A stretch of DNA of 64,000 nucleotides, taken from NCBI GenBank assembly GCA_965208325.1, contig OZ242326.1, positions 3,680,001 to 3,744,000 of the forward strand, given 5' to 3'. This document shows positions 50,450 to 60,760 of this stretch, piece after piece (the stretch's first letter is position 1; each line of letters starts with the position of its first letter). Under the pieces are notes generated by a model. The model ran no database searches. It was given only the letters and a program-made list of their open reading frames with translations, and was not told where the DNA came from. The translations under genes were made by a program, and so were the position numbers. The stretch comes from Candidatus Poribacteria bacterium (GTDB lineage: Bacteria; Poribacteria; WGA-4E; PCPOR2b).

Positions 50450-51640
50450 TTATCTTCCTAGACCGTCCTTAATTCGATCTAGGCCGCGATTGATATCTTC
50501 GAGCGATGCCGCGAATGAAAAACGTAGGTGTTTGTCCGCGCCAAATCCGTTTCCCGGCACGACACCCACCTTCGCATCCTCAAGCAGATATGCTGCCATG
50601 TCCATAGAACCGTGGATTGTTTTTCCGTGAATTGTGCGCCCGTAATGCGCGGAGAAATCCGGGAAGATATAAAACGCGCCTTGCGGCTTGACATAGGTAA
50701 TGCCTTCAATTTCATCGAAGCGTTGAGAAATCACATCCCGCCGCTCCTCGAATGCCTGCCGCATCTCATCCACCGCCGATTGCGATCCACTAATTGCGGC
50801 GTGGGCGGCTTTCTGCGCAATTGAGGTCGGATTTGAGGTGCTATGAGACTGGATTCGTGACATCGCGCTAATGGCTTTTTCGGGTCCGGCTGTATACCCA
50901 ATCCGCCACCCTGTCATCGAATATGCTTTGGATACCCCGTTGACAACAAAGGTGATTTCCTGAATTTCGTCGCTAAATGACGCTATACTTTGATGCTTCA
51001 GATTGTCGTATAACAGGGATTCGTAGATTTCGTCAGAGATAACGTAACTACGGTGCTTAACCGCAATCTCAGCAATCTGTCGGAGCGTGTCTGTATCGTA
51101 GATGGTACCCGTAGGGTTGCTGGGGCTGTTGATAATTATCGCTTTTGTGTTATTTGTGATCGCCTTTTCAATCTGTTCCGGGGTCATACAGAAGTTTTGT
51201 GCGGCGGAGGTCTCAATAACAACGGGACTTCCATCGGCTAGCGTCACGATTTCAGGGTAGCTAACCCAGTATGGTGCGGCGAAAATGACTTCATCACCAG
51301 GGTTGCAAATTGCTTGTAGAATGTTATAGATTGAATGCTTTGCACCGCAGGAAACGATAATCTGCGACGGTTTATACGTTAACTCGTTGTCCTTTTTGAA
51401 TTTCTCGACGATTGCTGCCTTTAGTTGCGGGATGCCGGCGGCGGGGGTGTATTTGGTGAAACCTTCGTGAATTGCAGCAATCGCTGCATCTTTAATATAG
51501 TCTGGCGTATCGAAGTCCGGCTCTCCGGCTCCAAATTTGACTATATCAATGCCTTCAGCCAACATAGCGTTGATTTTCGCAGTAATTGCCAGCGTTGATG
51601 ATGGTGCGACTTTTTCGCCCCGTTGAGCGAATGATAGCAT
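50450..51640 (-). CDS. aspC: Class I PLP aminotransferase (aspartate aminotransferase-like)
   Basis: GEPDFDTP, NSPSNPTG, SDEIY and SKAYSMTGWRIG; ATG 51640 with AGGAGG RBS. Confidence 0.88.
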   Translation of the reverse strand: MLSFAQRGEKVAPSSTLAITAKINAMLAEGIDIVKFGAGEPDFDTPDYIKDAAIAAIHEGFTKYTPAAGIPQLKAAIVEKFKKDNELTYKPSQIIVSCGAKHSIYNILQAICNPGDEVIFAAPYWVSYPEIVTLADGSPVVIETSAAQNFCMTPEQIEKAITNNTKAIIINSPSNPTGTIYDTDTLRQIAEIAVKHRSYVISDEIYESLLYDNLKHQSIASFSDEIQEITFVVNGVSKAYSMTGWRIGYTAGPEKAISAMSRIQSHSTSNPTSIAQKAAHAAISGSQSAVDEMRQAFEERRDVISQRFDEIEGITYVKPQGAFYIFPDFSAHYGRTIHGKTIHGSMDMAAYLLEDAKVGVVPGNGFGADKHLRFSFAASLEDINRGLDRIKDGLGR

Positions 51641-51757
51641 TAACAGTACCCTCCTGAAATTTGATAACTGGTGATTGGCGGAGCGATTTCTCACCGTCCG
51701 TTCTGAATTGGTGAGTATAAGCCTCGCTCACGCAATCCTTCACCATTCACAATATTG

Positions 51758-52621
51758 CTACATCTTCTTTTCGAATTCTCTCAACAATTCCTTCTGTTTT
51801 TTCGTCAGAGATCGGGGAATTTCAACTTTAATCTCCACCCGAAGATCGCCTTTACGCCCTGAAGCATCGTTAATGCCTCGCCCGCGCAATCTCAACTGTT
51901 GGTCGGGTTGTGTTCCCGGGGGAATCTTCAGTTCTACTTGTTCTCTCAGCATTGGGAGGCGAATTTTTCCTCCTAAAGCGGCAAGAGTGAAAGGCACTGT
52001 TATCTGAGTGACCAGATTCAGGTCTTCCCGCTTGAAATTTGAATGGGGTTGAACCGAGATTTTTGCGTGCAGAGAACCGCGATTTCCGCCGTTTACGGAT
52101 TTTCCTTGACCAGTGAGGCGAAGCGTTTGCCCATCTTTAATTCCCGCGGGGATCTTTACTGTGATAGTGCGATTATCAACTCGAATCTGCTTCTCGGCAC
52201 CGAATACGGACTCCTCAAAAGAAATTGTTAGTTTGGTTTGAAGGTCACCGCCGGAACGCGTATGGATGCGCGAGCCGCGCCGCGTAAACACATCGCCGAA
52301 AACATCGCCAAAATTGCCAAAAATTTCCTGACCGAAAATATCTCCAAATTGAGAAAAAATGTCGTCGAAATTCGTGAACCCTTGAAATCCTGAATCGTGC
52401 ACGCCAGCATGCCCGCGTATATCATAAATTTTCCGTTTTTCCGGATCTGACAGTACCTGATACGCGTTGGAAGCTTCCTTGAATTTGTCCTCGGCATTTT
52501 TATCACCTGGATTTTTGTCCGGATGGTATTTTACTGCCAATTTACGATATGCGCGTTTAATGTCTTCAGGAGAAGCCTTCTTACCGACACCAAGCACTTC
52601 ATAATAATCCTTTTCTGGCAT
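51758..52621 (-). CDS. Class B DnaJ/CbpA-like chaperone (no zinc finger)
   Basis: J-domain YHPDKN, G/F region and DnaJ C-terminal domain; no CxxCxGxG repeats. Confidence 0.9.
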   Translation of the reverse strand: MPEKDYYEVLGVGKKASPEDIKRAYRKLAVKYHPDKNPGDKNAEDKFKEASNAYQVLSDPEKRKIYDIRGHAGVHDSGFQGFTNFDDIFSQFGDIFGQEIFGNFGDVFGDVFTRRGSRIHTRSGGDLQTKLTISFEESVFGAEKQIRVDNRTITVKIPAGIKDGQTLRLTGQGKSVNGGNRGSLHAKISVQPHSNFKREDLNLVTQITVPFTLAALGGKIRLPMLREQVELKIPPGTQPDQQLRLRGRGINDASGRKGDLRVEIKVEIPRSLTKKQKELLREFEKKM

Positions 52622-52806
52622 CTCGCTTCCTCCTCATGCGAATAGGTTGGACGAATTCGCGAATTTAGATGTCAAGCTGGCTATCAGAGATGGTGCGTTT
52701 AATTTTTCCGCGTTGCTACTCTATACAGTAACTGTCGAAAAATATTGTGCTTTTCGATTGACATCTCAGTAAAAACGGAATAAGTTATCATTGCGGCGCG
52801 GGAGGT

Positions 52807-53817
52807 CTAAACTCGGCTGCGATCCAGAATCTCCGCGATTTGGATAGCATTTAAAGCGGCGCCTTTGCGTAGATTGTCAGCGACAACCCACAGATTGAGT
52901 CCGTTTTCGATCGAGGTATCCTCACGAATTCGCCCGACGTAAACGGCGTCTTCTCCGGCAGCATTTACTGGAAGCGGATATTCTCGATTTAGCGGTTCAT
53001 CAACCAGGGTCACGCCCGGCGCCCCGGCAAGAATTTCTCTCGCTTCGTCCGCCTTGAGTTTACGGCCGGTCTCAATGTTAATAGACTCGGCATGCGCGAA
53101 AAATACTGGCACACGAACTGTTGTAGCCGATATCCCAATGGAATCGTCCGCGAGGATTTTCCGGGTTTCATTGGCCATCTTTATCTCTTCTTCACTGTCG
53201 CCGCTTTCGGAAAATGGCCAATCGAACGCGACATTGAATGCCATCTGGTGCGGGAATAGTTCTTGTTTGATTGGACGCCCTTCCAGCGCCGACACGGTTT
53301 GGTCAATGAGTTCAACGATGGCAGCGCCGCTTTTGCCCGAAACGCTTTGATACGTGGAGACGACGATGCGGTTTATCCCGGCAGCGTCGTAAATTGGCTT
53401 AAGTGCAACAACCATCTGGATGGTTGAGCAATTTGGATTGGCGATAATCCCCTTATGTTTGATTGCCGCGTGCATGTTCACTTCTGGAACAATAAGCGGA
53501 GTATCGGTATCCATTCGAAAAGCGCTCGTATTGTCAATAACGAGGCAACCCTTTTCTACCGCAGTGGGAATAAATTCGCGGCTGACCGATGCCCCTGCGG
53601 AGGCAAACACCAAGTCTATGCCGTCAAATGAATTATGCGTCAACTCTTCGGCCACAATCGGTTCATCTTTGAATGTCAGAATCTCACCCGCCGATCGATG
53701 AGAAGACAGCGGTTTAAGAGAGGCAACGGGAAATGCCCGCTCTTCCAGTATGCTCATTATGGTATTGCCGACAGCGCCAGTCGCGCCGACAATAGCCACA
53801 CGGTAACTTGTGCTCAT
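52807..53817 (-). CDS. asd: Aspartate-semialdehyde dehydrogenase
   Basis: VGATGAVG, ANPNCST, TYQSVSG and DNLRKGAALNA. Confidence 0.97.
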   Translation of the reverse strand: MSTSYRVAIVGATGAVGNTIMSILEERAFPVASLKPLSSHRSAGEILTFKDEPIVAEELTHNSFDGIDLVFASAGASVSREFIPTAVEKGCLVIDNTSAFRMDTDTPLIVPEVNMHAAIKHKGIIANPNCSTIQMVVALKPIYDAAGINRIVVSTYQSVSGKSGAAIVELIDQTVSALEGRPIKQELFPHQMAFNVAFDWPFSESGDSEEEIKMANETRKILADDSIGISATTVRVPVFFAHAESINIETGRKLKADEAREILAGAPGVTLVDEPLNREYPLPVNAAGEDAVYVGRIREDTSIENGLNLWVVADNLRKGAALNAIQIAEILDRSRV

Positions 53818-54083
53818 ATCAAGATTATACCTCTAGAAAAAATGTTAACGAAAATTTTCAATCTGTTGAAATATTCTACCACACTTGGAGCGGAATTCGC
53901 AAGTTGAGCCAGAATTTTTCAAAATTACCCGTGTCGTATTAGGCGGCAAAAAATTGCCGGGAAGAGAGACCGAAGACAAAAAGCTGAGAGATGGAGTGCA
54001 TGTGGAATGGTTAAGATTGAGGGAATTCTCATTAATGGATAGGATCCAGCCTCGCCGTCTTATTGAACACTTACGCATAATGG

Positions 54084-54234
54084 TTAGGAGTTACGCAGTT
54101 GAACGTTAAAAAGTTCGTAGTAGGGCAATTTATTGCCCGTTTTTGCAAAAGAAATATGTCAGGTCCGGGACGTAAACGACCTGCAGGACGCGCAATAAAT
54201 TGCGCTACTACAAACTGAACTGATTAAGTCCTAA
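54084..54234. mobile_element. 151-bp MITE-like element carrying an inverted REP pair
   Basis: Ends TTAGGAGTTACGCAGTT / AACTGATTAAGTCCTAA; internal GTAGTAGGGCAATTTATTGCCC ... GCGCAATAAATTGCGCTACTAC. Confidence 0.65.
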
Positions 54235-54345
54235 ATGATACGAAATCATACCGTATGCAAGCTAATTTCACCAACCTCGGGTTGTAATTTCTAGTCCGGC
54301 TTCCTAGACCGAAATCGTAGTGAGGCGGCATAAAGGAGTAACCGA

Positions 54346-55407
54346 ATGAAGCGCACCATTTTCGAAGATTTATACTGTTGGTCAATTTTCAGCGAGATGC
54401 GCCAGGTCGACTTTAATGGACACCTGTGGGTGCGGCCTGAAGGAAATATCCTCATCGATCCGGTGCCGATGATTGACTCAGACCACGAACAATTGAATGA
54501 ACTCGGCGGCGCGGCATGGATAATCATTACGAATCGAGATCACGAGCGGGAGGCACATGAATTCAAGAATCGCACAGGTGCGAAAATTGTCGTGCATGAA
54601 GCTGATGCCGATGCGCTATCCGTTAAAGCCGACCGGCTAATTGCCGATGGTGAGGAGGTTGTACCTGGATTGCGGGCAATCCATTTGCCGTTCGGAAAAA
54701 GCCCCGGTGAAATCGCGCTTCACTTTCCGGAGAAACGGGCAATCCTAGCCGGCGACATCATCGTTGGCGAACCGATTGGGCATCTGTCACTCTTGACGGA
54801 CGAGAAGTTGGAGAGTCCTTCCAAGGCGGCGTTGGCACTCCGGAAAATCTTAGCGTTATCGTTCGATGCGATTCTTGTCGGAGACGGCCACTCAGTGCTT
54901 CAAGATGCTCGCCAGCGCTTGATAGAATGCCTCCAGCGCCGTACAGATATTTTCATCAACCGAATTAACATTGACGAGATTGAATGGGTGAAGCGAAATG
55001 CGCCAACGCCGTACGATTTTGAGGAGAAGGACATCGATCCGTTAATTGGGGGAAAACATCTAGGGTATCGGTTAATCCGTTTGCGGCCGAACAACGCGAG
55101 TTTCCCAATGCACATGCATCATTTTGGAGAAGAAATGTTCCATGTGATTGAAGGTTCTTGTACCCTAAAAACGCCGCGTGGCGACCTGACCGTAACGGCG
55201 GGTGATTTCATCGCCTTCCCGCCCGGCGCATCGGGCGCGCACAAATTCATAAATGCGGGAGACGCGCCGTGTACGTTACTTGCGGTTGGCATGTCAATAG
55301 AGCATGATGTCAGCGAATATCCGGATTCCAACAAAGTTTTCCCTTATGTGACACAACGCATTTACCGAAAGGATGAGTGTGTGGACTACTGGGATGGCGA
55401 AGTGTAG
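54346..55407 (+). CDS. Metallo-beta-lactamase-fold / cupin fusion protein
   Basis: ILIDP..ITNRDH..GKSPGE..AGD..VGDG (degenerate MBL), followed by cupin HMHHFGEEMF..GAHKFIN..EYPDSNK. Confidence 0.8.
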   Translation: MKRTIFEDLYCWSIFSEMRQVDFNGHLWVRPEGNILIDPVPMIDSDHEQLNELGGAAWIIITNRDHEREAHEFKNRTGAKIVVHEADADALSVKADRLIADGEEVVPGLRAIHLPFGKSPGEIALHFPEKRAILAGDIIVGEPIGHLSLLTDEKLESPSKAALALRKILALSFDAILVGDGHSVLQDARQRLIECLQRRTDIFINRINIDEIEWVKRNAPTPYDFEEKDIDPLIGGKHLGYRLIRLRPNNASFPMHMHHFGEEMFHVIEGSCTLKTPRGDLTVTAGDFIAFPPGASGAHKFINAGDAPCTLLAVGMSIEHDVSEYPDSNKVFPYVTQRIYRKDECVDYWDGEV

Positions 55408-55469
55408 TTTTCAAGGTTGCGCTGCGGAAAGGTACGATGCCCCTTTCAAATTCTGTATTTAGCACCATA

Positions 55470-57206
55470 TTATTGGATAATATGCACCCGGTTTTTCCCG
55501 CGGGTCGTTTCGTCCGGCATCACGATTGGTGTTTCAATAAGGGAAATGTATTGCCCATTCGCGCTGATGTCGATAGTGTCGTAAGGAAGTTGTCCTTCCA
55601 CACGGTAAGTGTAGAGGTATTTGGCTAATCCTCCCCCTGTAGCATCGAGGTCAAAGAGGGAAATCCCATGGAGTTGTTCTTCGCCGTTTCGGCTCGCTTT
55701 GGAGATGCTGACGGCGGCGTAGCGGTTCTTGGCGTCAACACGTAAGCCTTGCGGCATGTTTTGCAATGCCCACCGCCACGCTTTCTCCCCCGTCCATTTG
55801 TAAGCGAACAACGTCAGCCCATTTGGGTGGGCGGCAGGCGGCTGCTGTGCGCCCTTCTGCAAGTGATACGGGATATAAGTGTCGCCTGTTACGAAGAGTG
55901 CGAACGAATTGGTTGCTGCAATTGTGCCCGAGGTCGCGGTGATTGGGATATCGCTGACTTCAAGCGGCGTCGTGAGTTCGGCTTGCCATAGCGGATCGAC
56001 TTTTCCATGCGCGGCATTCACCGCATCGAAGATAAACGCTCTCCCGTCTTCCGTCGTAACGTTTATAAATCTCCCGTCCGGCGAAACGCCGACGCCTCGC
56101 CAAAACTTCACTGCTTCAAAGTGTGGTTTGAGCGGTTCAAAGGCGTATTCCCACCGTTTTGCTCCCGATACACCATCAATTACGCATAACGTTCCCGGTT
56201 GAAATTGTGGGGACGCACGGCTGCTGATTGTATCGTACACAACCGCGATGCTTTTTCCATCCCGGGAATAGTCAAACCATCTGATTATCATCGGCAGCGG
56301 TTGGCGGCTCGGCCATTTCCATTTCAGTTTGCCGGTTTCTCCATCGAATCGGTACAGTTGGGATTTTTTCAATGCCGCTCCGTCTTGAGTCCACGAGTGA
56401 ACGCCGGCGACGAGCAAATCCCCGTTCTCTGTAACAGCGATGCGGTAAGGGCCCGGATACTGTACCCATGCATACACGTCGTTCGGGCGGTATGGCGTTG
56501 AAGTATTGATGTCATCCGCCATGCGGTATTTCCACAGCAGGGCAGGTTTCTTGCCGGACAGTTTATAAGCATAGACGAAGCCGTCTGCAGACTGCTCGCC
56601 GATGTAAAGCCGCCGGCCGTCGGAGCTAAACGCCGCGTGCTTCGTGTAGCTCTCTGAAATTCGTGTTTTCCAAATCTTCTCGCCTGTGAGCGGATTGATG
56701 ATTGCCAAGTGACCAGCATCCGTGGCAATTGCTAATTTTTCGCCGTCCGGGGAAAAGGCAACGGTCGTCGCCTTCGCCGGCCTCTGCAAATTCTCAAATA
56801 GTGACAGCAAATCGTCCAGTTCAATCGTGCGAATAGGATGTGCGCTCGGCTTGAGAGGCGCGGTCACACTTGCGTCAAATCTGCAGCCATCCCCCCATTG
56901 TGTTTTTATGCGGTAAGTCTTATGCGGCTCCCACGCGAATTGTATCAGAAAGCGTTTGTCACCAAATGCCACCACCGTTTGGATAAGGGAATGTCTGTTT
57001 TCAATACGCTCCGCCGCTGACGCTGCCGTCACTTCAAGGACGGACAACTCCTTTATTGAAACACCCTCTTCTAATTCAACAGCTATTCCAAACCGGGTAA
57101 AAACAACGTTTCCCGCAATTGTTTTCGCGCTCTGCACTGTACCTATTGACGTGAATAGAAACATCAACGAGGCAAAACAGATACGCCGCCGCAGTTGCAT
57201 GTTCAT
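55470..57206 (-). CDS. Secreted PQQ/WD40-like beta-propeller protein
   Basis: GGAGG RBS, signal peptide and repeated AFSPDG / TGxxxW blades. Confidence 0.8.
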   Translation of the reverse strand: MNMQLRRRICFASLMFLFTSIGTVQSAKTIAGNVVFTRFGIAVELEEGVSIKELSVLEVTAASAAERIENRHSLIQTVVAFGDKRFLIQFAWEPHKTYRIKTQWGDGCRFDASVTAPLKPSAHPIRTIELDDLLSLFENLQRPAKATTVAFSPDGEKLAIATDAGHLAIINPLTGEKIWKTRISESYTKHAAFSSDGRRLYIGEQSADGFVYAYKLSGKKPALLWKYRMADDINTSTPYRPNDVYAWVQYPGPYRIAVTENGDLLVAGVHSWTQDGAALKKSQLYRFDGETGKLKWKWPSRQPLPMIIRWFDYSRDGKSIAVVYDTISSRASPQFQPGTLCVIDGVSGAKRWEYAFEPLKPHFEAVKFWRGVGVSPDGRFINVTTEDGRAFIFDAVNAAHGKVDPLWQAELTTPLEVSDIPITATSGTIAATNSFALFVTGDTYIPYHLQKGAQQPPAAHPNGLTLFAYKWTGEKAWRWALQNMPQGLRVDAKNRYAAVSISKASRNGEEQLHGISLFDLDATGGGLAKYLYTYRVEGQLPYDTIDISANGQYISLIETPIVMPDETTRGKNRVHIIQ

Positions 57207-57220
57207 TAAACACCTCCGTG

Positions 57221-57560
57221 GAAAAGTAGTAGGCATACTCCGTATGCCGTTACCTATGTCCCGCTACTGGCATCGGGATTCAATGCAATATGTGGAATTT
57301 ACGGCACACGGAGTGTGCCTACGACCATGCATCACCCGAAAAGTAGCAGGCATACTCCGTATGCCGTCATTCGTGTCCCGCTGCGTGCATTGGGATTCAA
57401 CGCAATATGTGGAATATACGGCACACCGCGTGCGCCTACGACTATGCATCACCCGAAAAGTAGCAGGCATACTCCGTATGCCGTCATCCGCGTAGCGCTG
57501 CTGCGACTGGATTTCAAATCAAAATGCGTGAGTTACGGCACACGGAGTGTGCCTACTACT
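57221..57560. repeat. Three tandem 117-bp REP doublets (REPIN-like)
   Basis: GAAAAGTAG(T/C)AGGCATACTCCGTATGCCGT at 57221, 57338 and 57455, each paired with ACGGCACACGGAGTGTGCCTAC or a variant. Confidence 0.9.
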
Positions 57561-57596
57561 ATGCCGTGAGCGTTCAACTGCGAAAGTCCTAACTTG

Positions 57597-59600
57597 TTAT
57601 ACCACAACACGCCGCAACCCCCGGCTCAACCGCCTTCCCAAAAGCACACCGATAAATGTATAAGCAAATCCGCTAACAAAAATCATCGTGAGGATATACC
57701 AATTTGCATAGAAAAGGCGATGAAGCGTGATGCTCAGTTGAAAATCGGTGTATACACCGAGAGCATCGCAGATGCCGAATACGAGTGCCAATACGAGGAC
57801 ATTCTTGCCTCTCTGCGAAATTAAAAAGCCGAATTCGAGCAATAGCACAATCGTGCCCGTGTAGAGCAGCGTAATCGGGGTGAATAATCCAAGCGTGACG
57901 CCGCCCAACAGCAAGCGAACCGCCGAGACTAAGGTAATCACGCCTGATTTGGGGATGAGCATCAACAGAGATGTGAGCAACGTGTAATACAATATTTCGT
58001 TAATTAACCCGTTAATGAGGAATGAAATTGGTCCCAGCAAAGCGGCGGTCAAATTGGAGAGTAGCGTCACCGGCACGCTAACCGCGATGAAAATGGTTGT
58101 TCCGAACAGGGTAATCAAGATGAGCTGTCTCGTCGAGAAGCGGTTGAAGAACCCCCGGTGAAAGCGCAGCAGAAGAAACAGTCCAAGTCCGGTTGCGCCA
58201 AATGCAGCGCCGGTAACCATCAGGGCGTGCAGATTAGGCGTTTCGATGAGCAGCGGCCGCTTAGCACGCAGAACAGTCTTGTCGCTGCCCCAGATTTTGA
58301 CTTCGATGTCGCGGTCGTAACGCCCTGTGCGGACAAAATCTGCGCCTTTCACACGAGCGGAATCGGGATTGAAGTAGATTGGGAGCGGCACGGCGGTTGT
58401 AACCCCGCCTGCCAAGCTGGCGAACGCAATACTGCGATTCGTGCCGGCGTTGACGGCGTCGGGCGGTGCAAGAAAAGCAACGGGTTCTCCGTGTTTTATG
58501 TCGAGATTGATTGCGCTAACGATAACGTGTATGATGTCCTGACTGTGGTTGCGGACGGACACAGTTTGGTACGTTATCGGTTGAAAATAGTCCACAGCAT
58601 GAGCCTTTGCCCCGAACCATCTGCCAGCCCTTCCCAACAGCGTACGATGGTAGTAGATTGCATCTGGACGACGGCGAGAATCGACAACCCCTGTCGCGTC
58701 AGTGGGCATCGTAATGTCTTCAATCGAGAGTTGCGCAGCAATCTCGCCCACGGTTGCCGAACGCAGCGGCAGCGCCGCAGACCGGTTCCATTGCGTTCCG
58801 GATTTATCCTCGAAGAAAACCGTCGCGGCAATCTGCGCAGAATCAGGCAATTTATCGTTCGGAATTTTTAGCTCGAATTGGCTGTGCCAAACCTCCGCTT
58901 CAACTGTAAAATTCCCTGACGCAAAAAATGCGGTTGCCGCTTCTCGTTCCAACTCATGAACCGGGAGGTTGGATGGGTTTCCGAGACGGGGTTCGCTGTG
59001 CCAAATTGATTGGGTTTGCAATACCTGGATGACTGAAGGGATGTAAAGCACAACCTGAAACCTAACGGACGCTTCCAATCCGTTCCGCACCAAAACCATA
59101 GCTGCCATTTCGCTGCCGCCTAGGACCAACGATTTGGCGCTCCGTTGTTTCGGATCTGCTACGGTATTCCGGGGGGATGGCGAACTTGGATTGACCGTCC
59201 CGTATGGAATCGCAATCTCAATCGAACCGCGTGGATTGTTTGCGGGCGCCTCGGCGCTTATGGCTGCCGATTCGCCCTTGTCGTAGGTAATCTCAAATCG
59301 ATATCTTTCCCCTGCGTCCCAACGAAAATAGAGCGGCTCTGTGCGGCGCGGATACCCGCCGAGATTGAGTTGGGCAACGAGTTCTCCCTCCGAACCAAAT
59401 GCTCGGATGTATTTGACCGACTCTTTACGATTGGAATCAAAATGGATGCTTGCGCCCATCGGAATAAAGGCGGCATTCCATGAAGGTGTAGGTTGTTCGG
59501 GCCGCTCTGAACAGCCGTAAAAGGCAGCATACAAAGGAATTAAGAGAGCTAGAATATGTAACGTAAACCTGTTTGCGTGTTTCATCTTAAGCATTGCCAT
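57597..59600 (-). CDS. Lipoprotein-like extracytoplasmic region fused to an ECF S-component-like membrane domain
   Basis: FYGC lipobox, ~430 aa soluble region, then about 7 TM helices (FSTRQLILITLF..IPKSGVITL); first gene behind the cobalamin riboswitch. Confidence 0.65.
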   Translation of the reverse strand: MAMLKMKHANRFTLHILALLIPLYAAFYGCSERPEQPTPSWNAAFIPMGASIHFDSNRKESVKYIRAFGSEGELVAQLNLGGYPRRTEPLYFRWDAGERYRFEITYDKGESAAISAEAPANNPRGSIEIAIPYGTVNPSSPSPRNTVADPKQRSAKSLVLGGSEMAAMVLVRNGLEASVRFQVVLYIPSVIQVLQTQSIWHSEPRLGNPSNLPVHELEREAATAFFASGNFTVEAEVWHSQFELKIPNDKLPDSAQIAATVFFEDKSGTQWNRSAALPLRSATVGEIAAQLSIEDITMPTDATGVVDSRRRPDAIYYHRTLLGRAGRWFGAKAHAVDYFQPITYQTVSVRNHSQDIIHVIVSAINLDIKHGEPVAFLAPPDAVNAGTNRSIAFASLAGGVTTAVPLPIYFNPDSARVKGADFVRTGRYDRDIEVKIWGSDKTVLRAKRPLLIETPNLHALMVTGAAFGATGLGLFLLLRFHRGFFNRFSTRQLILITLFGTTIFIAVSVPVTLLSNLTAALLGPISFLINGLINEILYYTLLTSLLMLIPKSGVITLVSAVRLLLGGVTLGLFTPITLLYTGTIVLLLEFGFLISQRGKNVLVLALVFGICDALGVYTDFQLSITLHRLFYANWYILTMIFVSGFAYTFIGVLLGRRLSRGLRRVVV

Positions 59601-59602
59601 CT

Positions 59603-59642
59603 AAAAACAAAAAACCCCAGTCTTCATTTAGAAAACCGGGGT
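59603..59642 (-). terminator. Riboswitch expression-platform terminator
   Basis: CCCCGGTTTTC-TAAAT-GAAGACTGGGG followed by TTTTTTGTTTTT just before the ATG. Confidence 0.75.
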
Positions 59643-59730
59643 ACAGTTCGCTATTCCTAAACCCGCCGTTTCGGTAAAAGGAACGCATTTTCTGGTTCAC
59701 AGCCTTCCCGCGAAAACTCTGTGTGAAACG

Positions 59731-59908
59731 CGATTCAGGTAGGTCTCCTGACTGGCGACACCTCGTGTCCGCCTTCCCATCTCAACCTGCCGGGACAGTG
59801 GCATCGTGGACACGATTATTCGTCGTTCACAGTGGCGGGGCCGTGGCGGTTTTTCACCGCGCTTCCCTATTCTCCACAATCGCTATTGGATTGCTGGCGC
59901 CTGAATCG
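59731..59908 (-). promoter_or_regulatory. Cobalamin riboswitch
   Basis: Minus strand AATAGGGAA..CGGTGAAAAACCG..GGCCCCGCCACTGT..GCCACTG..GGGAAGG..AGTCAGGAGACCTACC; P1 stem CGATTCAGG/CCTGAATCG. Confidence 0.95.
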
Positions 59909-60039
59909 AATGAATATTCAGTTTTATTTTTTTCTTCGCTGTTCAAATAGTAACAGATCCACGCGGGCTATTCAAGCAGAAAAGGAATTGGGTAACTGTG
60001 AACTGCTTGATTTGTGAGGTTTAATCGCATCCGATTGCC

Positions 60040-60105
60040 TAAACTTGTGTAGCAATTGCACCTTAATCAACAAACATAACTGTCTAAACATTGGGGGTAA
60101 TTTCA
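60040..60105 (-). mobile_element. Solo IS3 end remnant
   Basis: Reverse complement TGAAATTACCCCCAATGTTTAGACAGTTATG..TTAAGGTGCAATTGCTA matches the IS end starting at 60860. Confidence 0.8.
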
Positions 60106-60134
60106 AATACCTGTTTCATTACAACTGCTTTTAA

Positions 60135-60440
60135 TTAAGGGTGAATGTACACCAGAGCGAGCAACGCCCTGACGGTAAACCAAAAAACACGCGCAATCGT
60201 GACGCTGTGGGCTGGCAATTCTAGCTCCGGAGGCGCATCGCAGCCTATAATTATCGGCGGCATAACCGTGTCCGGCAGCGGATCGCACGGATTATCGTCT
60301 ACGATAGACGGTAATTGAATAACCACGACAGGATTGCGCGCCTGATTCCCGTCAGACGGTGGATAATCGGCTTGTAATGCCGCTAAATCACACACGCCAG
60401 CACACAAAACCGCCAGTAAAACCGCAAAAACGCACTTCAT
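60135..60440 (-). CDS. Small hypothetical secreted/membrane protein
   Basis: GGAGG RBS, signal-like N-terminus, Pro/Asp-rich middle and hydrophobic C-terminus. Confidence 0.5.
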   Translation of the reverse strand: MKCVFAVLLAVLCAGVCDLAALQADYPPSDGNQARNPVVVIQLPSIVDDNPCDPLPDTVMPPIIIGCDAPPELELPAHSVTIARVFWFTVRALLALVYIHP

Positions 60441-60567
60441 TTGAATCCTCCGTTAAGTTTGAGTTTACCCCAAGGCGTTGTAATTGATGGATAACGCCGA
60501 GTCCACGGCGTTGCCTCGCAATAATACAACTGTTGTCGAAAATCTTCATTCGACCGAGTGTACCTCT

Positions 60568-60760
60568 TTAATCCTTATAATCCAATGCCCAAATGTCCTC
60601 ACAGGCGATTGATTTTCTCTCCATATGATCGATCAATAACGATACTTCTGGTCTAATGCTTACATATCTTCACATCGCAGCGATTCTCTGAAATGGTCGC
60701 AAGCGGCATAATGGCCATTCATGGTATAAAATTGATAATCGAGACACTTTGTGTTGGCAG
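60568..60760 (-). pseudogene. Two tandem C-terminal fragments of metzincin paralogs
   Basis: ..CLDYQFYTMNGHYAACDHFRESLRCEDM*ALDQKY and DHMERKSIACEDIWALDYKD*, compared with CPAWQDYTM..HDRESLACEDKWALDYKY* of 63155-63835. Confidence 0.75.

Noticed and set aside
53818..54080. Lysine riboswitch upstream of asd
   Set aside because: No recognisable L-box motifs or terminator.
59645..59730. Second tandem cobalamin aptamer (GGGAAGG present)
   Set aside because: Other conserved elements are missing; more likely part of the expression platform.
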